This document shows positions 18,101 to 25,204 of a stretch of DNA of 32,000 nt, one piece after another. The position numbers and the translations under genes were made by a program. The notes beneath the pieces were generated by a model. It did no database searches. It had not been told where the DNA came from and saw only the letters and a list, made by a program, of their open reading frames with translations. Origin of the DNA: Bacillus subtilis subsp. subtilis str. 168 (GTDB lineage Bacteria > Bacillota > Bacilli > Bacillales > Bacillaceae); the NCBI RefSeq assembly GCF_000009045.1, contig NC_000964.3, positions 840,001 to 872,000 on the forward strand, read 5' to 3'. Each line of letters begins with the position of its first letter. Position 1 is the stretch's first letter.

Positions 18101-19502
18101 TCAGCTTGACGATTTGAACAGTATTATCGTAAAGATACAAGTCACCGACATTTTTAATCGCAAGATCTCCGGCTGGAATGTTTGTATAGTAATTGGCTCC
18201 GTTTCTGCCGCCTGCTTTAAACGGCGCTCCAGCGGATAAAATCGGCAGGTTCTTGTACTCGGTATCCTTCATTTCTTTTTCAGCGTACCACTTTTGCGCG
18301 TCAGTCACGATCTGAATGGAAGGATCATCTTTGACCTGTGCAAAGAAGCTGTTAATATCTGCTTCGGTTTTGCCGACTGGCTTTCGGACATACTCCAGTG
18401 TGTTTTGGTGTGTTTGCTGAATGGTGTTTGTAACGGTTTCGTTTCTTGATGTGACGTTGCCAGCAATAGATTCAATACTTCCTTTGGAATCTGCTACCTT
18501 CCATGAGCCGTCCGCCTTTTCAAGCTTGAGGTCAATCACGCCTAAATATTTGCCCCAGCTGCTTGGCATGACGACAGGAATGCCGTTAATTGTTCCCTTT
18601 TCCACATTGAACTGAGCAACACCCGCATACTCGGCGGAAGGAAAGAGTCCGTGCTGATGGCCCGAGATAATCGCGTCAATGCCTTTCGTTTTGGTGGCAA
18701 GGTCAAACACGGCGTTTTCTGCGCCTGATGATTGCGCCTGCTTTTCAATGCCGGTGTGGGCGAGGGCAATAATGACATCTGCGCCTTCCGCCTTCATTTT
18801 CGGGATCGTTTCATTGGCGGATTCTACGATATCCTGCACCTGAACTTGCCCCTCGAGATTCTTTTTGTCCCATGTCATGATTTGCGGCGGGACAAAGCCT
18901 ATGTAGCCGACTTTTACTTTCTGCTCATTACCGTTTTCATCAATGAGGGTTTTTTCATTAATCACATACGGCGTATAACGGTTTTCGCCGCTAGTTGTTT
19001 TGACGTTGGCATTTACAATCGGGAAATCGGCTCCTTTGATTGTGCCGTCGAGAAAGTCGAGCCCGTAGTTGAATTCATGATTGCCAAGCGTTCCGGCGTC
19101 GTATTTCAGCGCATTCATGACGCTGATAATCGGATGGGTTTTCGTGCCGGAGATAATGTCGTCTTTTTGATATTTCACCGCGTATTCACCCAGCGGATTC
19201 CCTTGAATCAAGTCGCCGTTATCCACAAGCAGGGTGTTAGGGTTTTGCTCGCGGTGCTTTTGGATCAATTGCGCTGTTCTCGCCAGACCGAAATCCGCCG
19301 TTTCTTTGTCGCTGTAGTAATCGTAATCCATCATGTTGGCATGAATATCAGTCGTAGCCAAAATACTCAGATGCACCTGAGGAGCCGCGCTTTCTTCTGC
19401 ATGAATGGGTGGTGTTGGGAGGATTAGGCTAAGTATCATAATTGGGGGCAAAAGAATACGGAGAATGTTTTCGACGTGTGTTCGTCTTTTCTGTATTCTC
19501 AC
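15114..19502 (-). CDS. yfkN: Cell-wall-anchored trifunctional nucleotidase (2',3'-cyclic nucleotide 2'-phosphodiesterase / 3'- and 5'-nucleotidase)
   Basis: 1462 aa from GTG 19502 (AAAGGTGGAG RBS); the track start TTG 19520 overlaps this RBS. Signal peptide, two metallophosphoesterase/5'-nucleotidase modules ('LATTDIHANMMDYDY...LVDNGDLIQGNP...GTLGNHEFNYG' and 'VMHTNDTHAHLDD...LLDAGDVFSGD...MTFGNHEFDKG'), Pro/Gly-rich linker, C-terminal LPDTA sorting signal, TM helix and basic tail. Confidence 0.95.
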   Translation of the reverse strand: MRIQKRRTHVENILRILLPPIMILSLILPTPPIHAEESAAPQVHLSILATTDIHANMMDYDYYSDKETADFGLARTAQLIQKHREQNPNTLLVDNGDLIQGNPLGEYAVKYQKDDIISGTKTHPIISVMNALKYDAGTLGNHEFNYGLDFLDGTIKGADFPIVNANVKTTSGENRYTPYVINEKTLIDENGNEQKVKVGYIGFVPPQIMTWDKKNLEGQVQVQDIVESANETIPKMKAEGADVIIALAHTGIEKQAQSSGAENAVFDLATKTKGIDAIISGHQHGLFPSAEYAGVAQFNVEKGTINGIPVVMPSSWGKYLGVIDLKLEKADGSWKVADSKGSIESIAGNVTSRNETVTNTIQQTHQNTLEYVRKPVGKTEADINSFFAQVKDDPSIQIVTDAQKWYAEKEMKDTEYKNLPILSAGAPFKAGGRNGANYYTNIPAGDLAIKNVGDLYLYDNTVQIVKLTGSEVKDWLEMSAGQFNQIDPAKGGDQALLNENFRSYNFDVIDGVTYQVDVTKPAKYNENGKVINADSSRIINLSYEGKPISPSQEFLVVTNNYRASGGGGFPHLTSDKIVHGSAVENRQVLMDYIIEQKTVNPKADNNWSIAPVSGTNLTFESSLLAKPFADKADDVAYVGKSANEGYGVYKLQFDDDSNPDPPKDGLWDLTVMHTNDTHAHLDDAARRMTKINEVRSETNHNILLDAGDVFSGDLYFTKWNGLADLKMMNMMGYDAMTFGNHEFDKGPTVLSDFLSGNSATVDPANRYHFEAPEFPIVSANVDVSNEPKLKSFVKKPQTFTAGEKKEAGIHPYILLDVDGEKVAVFGLTTEDTATTSSPGKSIVFNDAFETAQNTVKAIQEEEKVNKIIALTHIGHNRDLELAKKVKGIDLIIGGHTHTLVDKMEVVNNEEPTIVAQAKEYGQFLGRVDVAFDEKGVVQTDKSNLSVLPIDEHTEENPEAKQELDQFKNELEDVKNEKVGYTDVALDGQREHVRTKETNLGNFIADGMLAKAKEAAGARIAITNGGGIRAGIDKGDITLGEVLNVMPFGNTLYVADLTGKQIKEALEQGLSNVENGGGAFPQVAGIEYTFTLNNKPGHRVLEVKIESPNGDKVAINTDDTYRVATNNFVGAGGDGYSVFTEASHGEDLGYVDYEIFTEQLKKLGNKVSPKVEGRIKEVFLPTKQKDGSWTLDEDKFAIYAKNANTPFVYYGIHEGSQEKPINLKVKKDQVKLLKERESDPSLTMFNYWYSMKMPMANLKTADTAIGIKSTGELDVSLSDVYDFTVKQKGKEIKSFKEPVQLSLRMFDIEEAHNPAIYHVDRKKKAFTKTGHGSVDDDMVTGYTNHFSEYTILNSGSNNKPPAFPSDQPTGGDDGNHGGGSDKPGGKQPTDGNGGNDTPPGTQPTNGSGGNGSGGSGTDGPAGGLLPDTATSMYSILLAGFLISALGTAMYLHQRRKQNRANQA
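15219..15233 (-). other. Codons for the LPDTA sortase recognition motif of YfkN
   Basis: Reverse strand CTTCCGGACACAGCC = L-P-D-T-A, followed by a hydrophobic helix and the tail HQRRKQNRANQA. Confidence 0.85.
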
Positions 19503-19679
19503 CAGTTCTCCACCTTTCAACGAAATTTGTGTTACAGCTCCTATTGTAAGAATATTTTGTAACTATTTGTAGGTGTTTCTTTATGATTATTGTAAAAGGG
19601 AGAAAAATGAGTATTATGTAGCAGTATCAAACGACAAATACTGGGCATTTATGCTTATCGTTTGTCACAATCGCGGAAT

Positions 19680-19704
19680 GTTTATTTTAGTGTGGCTGGG
19701 GTAG
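19680..19704 (+). promoter_or_regulatory. Candidate SigB promoter of yfkM
   Basis: GTTTAT (19680-19685), 13 nt, GGGTAG (19699-19704); compare SigB consensus GTTTAA-N12-15-GGGTAT. Confidence 0.75.
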
Positions 19705-19744
19705 AGTGTTTTATGTAGACATATAAAGCGGGAGGTTATGAATC

Positions 19745-20263
19745 ATGGGGAAAAAAATTGCAGTTGTTTTAACATATTATTTTGAGGACAGCGAGTACAC
19801 TGAGCCTGCGAAAGCCTTTAAAGAAGCGGGACATGAACTGACTGTCATCGAAAAAGAAAAAGGAAAAACAGTAAAAGGCAAGCAGGGAACAGCGGAAGTG
19901 ACGGTTGACGCGTCCATTGACGACGTAAATTCTTCAGACTTTGATGCGCTTTTGATTCCTGGAGGATTTTCACCAGACCAGCTTCGCGCTGACGATCGTT
20001 TCGTCCAATTTACAAAAGCGTTTATGACTGACAAAAAGCCGGTATTTGCCATTTGCCACGGCCCGCAGCTTTTAATCAATGCGAAAGCGCTCGACGGCCG
20101 AAAAGCGACGGGCTATACGTCCATTCGTGTTGACATGGAAAACGCCGGTGCCGACGTTGTGGACAAGGAAGTGGTTGTTTGCCAGGATCAATTGGTCACT
20201 AGCCGCACACCGGACGATATACCGGCATTTAACCGCGAGTCATTGGCATTGCTTGAGAAATAA
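19745..20263 (+). CDS. yfkM: DJ-1/PfpI family general stress protein
   Basis: PfpI/DJ-1 fold with nucleophile elbow 'PVFAICHGPQLLINA'; 172 aa. Confidence 0.92.
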   Translation: MGKKIAVVLTYYFEDSEYTEPAKAFKEAGHELTVIEKEKGKTVKGKQGTAEVTVDASIDDVNSSDFDALLIPGGFSPDQLRADDRFVQFTKAFMTDKKPVFAICHGPQLLINAKALDGRKATGYTSIRVDMENAGADVVDKEVVVCQDQLVTSRTPDDIPAFNRESLALLEK

Positions 20264-20302
20264 GAAAAAACGGACGCTCTTGGGCGTCCGTTTTTTTGTT
20301 GC
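20264..20302. terminator. Bidirectional terminator between yfkM and yfkL
   Basis: AAAAAACGGACGCTCTTGGGCGTCCGTTTTTTT. Confidence 0.9.
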
Positions 20303-21493
20303 TTAGGCTTGAGCACCTGTCAGTTTCTTGTACCTGTAATACAAGAAAGCAGCTGCAGCCGTTCCGATGACCGCAATGCCGAAGTCGAATATGAAAATAT
20401 GGGCGATGCCCCCCGCTTTTGCGATAAGCCCTGTTGCAATCGGCAGCAGAATCGATGCAAGACTTGAAGCAGTCGCTACAATTCCGGTAACGGTTCCTTT
20501 TCGCTTCCAGAAAAGCTCTGTCATTAACGTAATGGTAATTTGAAACACACCCGCAGTTGAAAAGCCTAAGAAAAAGGCAGTGATGTCCAGCACAACTGGG
20601 ATATGAACGGTCAGCATGACTGCGAGCGTACATAAAGTAATAATAGGATATAAGAGCGTTATGAAGACAGGTTTGACCCATCTATTCAGCAAAACGGCTA
20701 ATAATAAAACAGATGCCAGAGATCCTATACTATAATAGCTCAGCAATTGTACAGATGCTGATTCAGCTAAACCGGCTGCCTTTTGCGCGTAGCTCGGGAG
20801 CCAGATTTGAGAAACCGTAAATAAAGCCGTGGATGTAAAACCGATGATAATCAGTGCGGTGCCTTCCTTCTGAAAAACGGGTTCAGACAAGAAAACGGGA
20901 GATTCCTGTTGGCCGCTATTAGTTGGTTTCTTATGTTTTTTAGGAAACGAAAGCGTTGATAAATAAATAATATTCAGGAGATAGACCGCTGCCGGCAGAT
21001 AAAAAGCAAATCCGTAAAACATGCTGTGGTCTGCTAAAAATGTGATCAAAAGCGGCAAAAGTGCGGCCCCCACAGACATAAAGGCTTTAACCAAGACATT
21101 TGCCGAACCGGAAGCAGACGGAAAGAGCTCGGTTAGGGCCGGATATGTTCCGGCATCCATGGCTGAATTAGCGACTCCGGCTAATAAAGCGAACACAAAC
21201 GCCAGCTCATAGCTCGGTGATAAAGGAATACCGACTAAAAAGACGGCCATAATTCCCGCAGAAGCGACAACAAGCGGCTTTCTGCCGATTTTATCTGATA
21301 GAACGCCGGAAATGCCGTATGTCAGCAGTTTGCCAAACCCGATAGCGGCAATGACATAACTGATGCCGGTCGGATCGGTATTCCACTGTTTTGTTAATGA
21401 AGACATATTGGATGCGAGAATGATGTTGACCATCCCCAGAAAGAAGTAGTTGATATACATTCCGGATGCTGTTTTGATAGATGTCGTTTGCAT
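20303..21493 (-). CDS. yfkL: MFS transporter
   Basis: 12-TM MFS protein with loop motif 'GVLSDKIGRKPLVV'; 396 aa. Confidence 0.9.
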   Translation of the reverse strand: MQTTSIKTASGMYINYFFLGMVNIILASNMSSLTKQWNTDPTGISYVIAAIGFGKLLTYGISGVLSDKIGRKPLVVASAGIMAVFLVGIPLSPSYELAFVFALLAGVANSAMDAGTYPALTELFPSASGSANVLVKAFMSVGAALLPLLITFLADHSMFYGFAFYLPAAVYLLNIIYLSTLSFPKKHKKPTNSGQQESPVFLSEPVFQKEGTALIIIGFTSTALFTVSQIWLPSYAQKAAGLAESASVQLLSYYSIGSLASVLLLAVLLNRWVKPVFITLLYPIITLCTLAVMLTVHIPVVLDITAFFLGFSTAGVFQITITLMTELFWKRKGTVTGIVATASSLASILLPIATGLIAKAGGIAHIFIFDFGIAVIGTAAAAFLYYRYKKLTGAQA

Positions 21494-21551
21494 GCTTGTA
21501 CTCCTTCAAATCTTATTCGAACACTTTGCTGTTTTGGTTTGGGGAAATGAT

Positions 21552-21583
21552 AAAAAAGACTCGCCGAGTTTCCGGCCAGTCTC
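21552..21583 (-). terminator. Intrinsic terminator downstream of yfkK
   Basis: Reverse strand GACTGGCCGGAAACTCGGCGAGTCTTTTTT hairpin plus T tract, directly after the yfkK stop. Confidence 0.7.
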
Positions 21584-21585
21584 CA

Positions 21586-21801
21586 TTATTTACGAAGCGA
21601 GGCTAATTCTTGAGCAATCGCCTGCATTTCACTTGGGCTGAATGATTCTTTTTTCATCACCATTCTGTGAAGGTACGTGAGGTCTTCAATCTTCTCATCA
21701 CTGAAATCCTCCGCTTTGATTACGCCGACGTTCAGCATGTTCAGCTTTTGGGAAATCTCTTCAATCATTTGAGTTAATGTTTCTGTATTTGGGCTGGACA
21801 A
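21586..21801 (-). CDS. yfkK: DUF1128 family protein YfkK, TTG start
   Basis: 71 aa ([33 protein letters not shown]...), TTG start with an AGAAAGGATGG RBS. Confidence 0.85.
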
Positions 21802-21956
21802 AGGGTTCCATCCTTTCTATGCGCAATATAGGTATGTTTTATTCTAACAGAATTCCATCAGAAAAAAACCCTATTCTAAAAGCAGGCTGTTCATTCCAAA
21901 AAAGTGAAGACATCAGTTGAAAAGAAAATGAACATCCTACTAAGATATTCATGAAG

Positions 21957-21982
21957 GTTTCTTTTTAGAGAAATAGGGGCAA
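21957..21982 (+). promoter_or_regulatory. Weak candidate SigB promoter of yfkJIH
   Basis: GTTTCT (21957-21962), 14 nt, GGGCAA (21977-21982); fits SigB with a degenerate -10. Confidence 0.45.
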
Positions 21983-22003
21983 AGAATAGGGAGGTTGCAC
22001 ATC

Positions 22004-22474
22004 ATGATAAGCGTGTTATTTGTTTGTTTAGGTAACATTTGCCGGTCTCCGATGGCGGAAGCGATTTTTAGGGACCTGGCAGCCAAAAAAGGATTAGAGG
22101 GGAAAATCAAGGCGGACTCAGCCGGTATTGGCGGCTGGCACATCGGCAACCCCCCGCATGAGGGAACGCAGGAGATATTGCGCAGAGAAGGAATCAGCTT
22201 TGATGGCATGCTGGCGCGTCAAGTCAGCGAACAGGATCTGGACGATTTTGATTACATCATTGCAATGGATGCAGAAAATATCGGAAGTCTCAGAAGCATG
22301 GCGGGTTTTAAAAACACCTCGCATATCAAAAGGCTCTTGGACTATGTTGAAGATTCAGATCTGGCTGACGTACCCGATCCTTACTACACAGGGAACTTTG
22401 AAGAGGTCTGCCAATTAATCAAAACGGGCTGTGAGCAGTTGCTTGCATCCATTCAAAAAGAAAAACAATTGTGA
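22004..22474 (+). CDS. yfkJ: Low-molecular-weight protein-tyrosine-phosphatase
   Basis: P-loop 'VCLGNICRSPMAEAIF' and 'DVPDPYYTG'-like loop ('ADVPDPYYTGNFEEV'). ATG 22004 gives 156 aa; the track's TTG start adds MHI. Confidence 0.93.
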   Translation: MISVLFVCLGNICRSPMAEAIFRDLAAKKGLEGKIKADSAGIGGWHIGNPPHEGTQEILRREGISFDGMLARQVSEQDLDDFDYIIAMDAENIGSLRSMAGFKNTSHIKRLLDYVEDSDLADVPDPYYTGNFEEVCQLIKTGCEQLLASIQKEKQL

Positions 22475-22491
22475 GTGAAAGGAGAATTTGC

Positions 22492-22812
22492 ATGAACAAC
22501 GAACGTTTAATGCTGAAAGGGATATTTCTCGGAGCTGCGGCAGGCGCGGCGTTATCACTGCTCCATAAGCCGACAAGACAGGCGTGCGGGATGAGATGGC
22601 TGACATGCAAGCATAAACTTTCACTGTACAAAAGCAACCCAGAGCTGTTAAAAAACACTGTCATCACAAAAGTGGATGAGGCCAAAAAGCTCGCCCGAAC
22701 GCTTTCAAAGGAAGTCGACTTTGTGAACCAGCAGGTGAAAGAGCTGAAGAAAACAACGCCGCAAGTGATGGAACTCGTGCAAGAAACGAAAGAGCATTTT
22801 TCAAAAAAATGA
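22492..22812 (+). CDS. yfkI: YtxH-like general stress protein YfkI
   Basis: Start moved from GTG 22471 to ATG 22492, which has a GGAGAA RBS. Glycine/alanine-rich N-terminal segment 'LMLKGIFLGAAAGAALSLLHKP' then a helical domain; 106 aa. Confidence 0.8.
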   Translation: MNNERLMLKGIFLGAAAGAALSLLHKPTRQACGMRWLTCKHKLSLYKSNPELLKNTVITKVDEAKKLARTLSKEVDFVNQQVKELKKTTPQVMELVQETKEHFSKK

Positions 22813-22835
22813 TCAAACATGCGAGGTGAGACGAC

Positions 22836-23663
22836 ATGAGTTTTTTGAAAGAGCTTTTCAGCAGATACACCCTTCATGAAGGACAAAGTAAATCAGCGGA
22901 GCTGGCGTATTTTTTTCTATTGTCACTGTTTCCGTTTTTGATTTTTATGCTGACGCTCACCGCGTATCTTCCGCTTTCTACCGATGATGTTTTAGGAGTC
23001 ATAGAACAATATGCTCCCGCCAGTGCGATGTCACTCGTTGAATCCATTACCCATCAAACCTTAAATAATCGAAATGGCGGTTTGCTGTCATTCGGGATTA
23101 TCGCCGCATTATGGTCTGCGTCTAATGGAATGAATGCGATCGTCCGGTCGCTGAACCACGCGTATGATGTGGAAGAAAACCGCTCTTTTATCATTGTTCG
23201 TCTAACCTCGATTTTTTTGACGATTGCCATGGTATTTACGATTTTAGTGGCTTTGCTTCTGCCGGTATTTGGCCGGGAGATTGGAAGGCTCGCTTCTGAC
23301 TTTGTCGGCGCGTCGGATCTGTTTTTATCCGTCTGGGCCGCCATTCGCTGGGGTGTCAGCCCGCTTGTGCTTTTGATTGTTTTTTCCGCGCTGTATGTGA
23401 TTGCGCCGAACAAAAAGCTGTCTCTCCGGTTTGTCATGCCGGGTGCGGTCTTTGCGACTATCGGCTGGATCATTGTCAGCACATTGTTTTCATTTTACGT
23501 CAGCACGTTTGCGAACTATAGCGCCACTTACGGGAGCATCGGGGGAATCATCGTTCTGATGATTTGGTTTTACTTGAGCGGCATTTTAATTATCCTAGGC
23601 GGAGAAATCAACGCTCTTTTACATAAACGTAAAAAGCTTCCTGATGAAAATCCCTACCATTAG
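22836..23663 (+). CDS. yfkH: YihY/BrkB family (RNase BN-like superfamily) integral membrane protein
   Basis: 'SAELAYFFLLSLFPFLIFMLTL', 'LLSFGIIAALWSASNGMNAIVRSLNHAYDVEENRSFI'; 275 aa. Confidence 0.9.
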   Translation: MSFLKELFSRYTLHEGQSKSAELAYFFLLSLFPFLIFMLTLTAYLPLSTDDVLGVIEQYAPASAMSLVESITHQTLNNRNGGLLSFGIIAALWSASNGMNAIVRSLNHAYDVEENRSFIIVRLTSIFLTIAMVFTILVALLLPVFGREIGRLASDFVGASDLFLSVWAAIRWGVSPLVLLIVFSALYVIAPNKKLSLRFVMPGAVFATIGWIIVSTLFSFYVSTFANYSATYGSIGGIIVLMIWFYLSGILIILGGEINALLHKRKKLPDENPYH

Positions 23664-23711
23664 CGCACCCTATAAACGAACTTCGGTTCAAAAAGAAGTC
23701 GGGGGGATATC

Positions 23712-23822
23712 GTGATGACCAAGCATACGAAAAAAGGCGGAAGCCATAACAAACAAAACTCGAAAAGCAAATCGAGCCATAAAACAAGCGGAAGCGCCAA
23801 CGGACAAAACGGCTACCATTAG
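23712..23822 (+). CDS. Candidate small ORF (35 aa from ATG 23715), basic and hydrophilic
   Basis: GTG-ATG start preceded by GGGGGG (23701-23706). Translation MTKHTKKGGSHNKQNSKSKSSHKTSGSANGQNGYH*. An intrinsic terminator begins right after the TAG stop. It fell below the ORF-track length cutoff. Confidence 0.6.
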   Translation: MMTKHTKKGGSHNKQNSKSKSSHKTSGSANGQNGYH

Positions 23823-23824
23823 CA

Positions 23825-23858
23825 TAAAAGCCTCCTGACATGATGTCGGGAGGCTTTT
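23825..23858. terminator. Bidirectional terminator downstream of yfkH/small ORF and of yfkF
   Basis: AAAAGCCTCCTGACATGATGTCGGGAGGCTTTTTT. Confidence 0.9.
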
Positions 23859-23861
23859 TGA

Positions 23862-25037
23862 TTAAGAAGATGAAGAATAGGTTTCAGCCGGTGACCAGCT
23901 TTTCGGTTTGCCCAGCACAAGGGCCAGCCACACAGAGCTAAGCGTGAGAGTAATGAAGTAGAACAAGTTTGCGCTTTCAAATGTCTGCATATACCAGCCG
24001 CCGGCAACTGGGCCGAGGATGCTACCGAGACTGAATGTAATGCCGCAAAGCAGGTTTCCCGCCGGCAGGAGGTGAGGCGGAAGAAGGTCTGTCATATAGC
24101 TGATGCCAAGTGTAAAGGTTGATCCGACTGCCATTCCTGCAATAAAAAAGCAGCCGCCGATCACGTAGGGCGAAGGAAATACACCGGCGATGAAAAAGCA
24201 AAGAGCCCCAGTCAGTAAAATCACCAGCAGCACATTCCGCCTGCCGTATTTATCGCTGAGGATGCCGAGCGGAAACTGAAAGATAATGCTTCCAATCGCA
24301 AATGCGGGAAGGATGATCGCTACTGCGTCTACTGATATCCCCAAACGGAGCGCGTACACCGGAAAGCTTCCGTTCAGCGCCGTTTCCAGAAAGCCATAGC
24401 CAAATGTAGGCATAAAGGCAACCCACCCAAACAGCATGGCCTGATAAAATCGCCTGAAACTATTGTCTGATTTGGTTTCATGAGGACTGGTTTCCGGGTA
24501 TGCATTTTGTAGAAAGAAAACAAAAAGCCACGCAAACAGACTGATGCAGCCGGACACGATAAAAGGAAGCGACGGACTCAGCTTGACAAGCGGCACCATG
24601 AACGGGCCTGCGGCAAAGCCAAGGCCAAAGGAAAGCCCATAAATAGACAGGTTTCTTCCGCGATTTTGTTTTGATGACATGGAGGTCACCCACGTTTGCG
24701 TAGAAAAGTGAAGCATGTGGTCGCCGATTCCAATGAACAGGCGAAGCAGGAACCAGACCCAAACTGACTGAAGCCAAATAAATCCGAATAAGCTTAAAAT
24801 GACAATGCTTCCGCCCATGACGATCAGCGGCTTGAACCCGAGCTTTCTGAGCGGTGCTTCCATAAACGGCGAAGCCAAAAGCACACCGATATACAGCCCG
24901 GTCGCGTGCAGGCCGTTGATAGCAGCGGATTCTCCATTTGTTTCAAAAATGATTGAAATGACAGGCAGCAGCATGCCTTGTGAAAACCCGGAAATGGAAA
25001 CGAGCAAGACAAGGATAAAGAAATGAAATCGTGACAT
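23862..25037 (-). CDS. yfkF: MFS transporter (putative drug/sugar efflux)
   Basis: 12-TM MFS. Start moved from 25079 to ATG 25037 (MSRFHFFILVLL..., 391 aa), which has an AAGGAGAA RBS. Confidence 0.88.
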   Translation of the reverse strand: MSRFHFFILVLLVSISGFSQGMLLPVISIIFETNGESAAINGLHATGLYIGVLLASPFMEAPLRKLGFKPLIVMGGSIVILSLFGFIWLQSVWVWFLLRLFIGIGDHMLHFSTQTWVTSMSSKQNRGRNLSIYGLSFGLGFAAGPFMVPLVKLSPSLPFIVSGCISLFAWLFVFFLQNAYPETSPHETKSDNSFRRFYQAMLFGWVAFMPTFGYGFLETALNGSFPVYALRLGISVDAVAIILPAFAIGSIIFQFPLGILSDKYGRRNVLLVILLTGALCFFIAGVFPSPYVIGGCFFIAGMAVGSTFTLGISYMTDLLPPHLLPAGNLLCGITFSLGSILGPVAGGWYMQTFESANLFYFITLTLSSVWLALVLGKPKSWSPAETYSSSS

Positions 25038-25204
25038 CGTGTCAGTTCTCCTTATATGGAATCTATGTTGATCGTACAACGTTTTCCAAAAGCAGGCAAC
25101 CTGAAAAAAGCCTATATCACGCTATACATTTGCCCTCGTGTAATCATGAAGGTTTTTGTGAAGAATAAAAATAAAACAAGTCATAAAAAAGGAGCTATTT
25201 CACC

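Noticed and set aside
18732-19427. Long plus-strand ORF (231 aa) opposite yfkN
   Set aside because: Entirely antisense inside the nucleotidase domain of yfkN, with no recognisable domain; best explained as a shadow ORF of biased codon usage.
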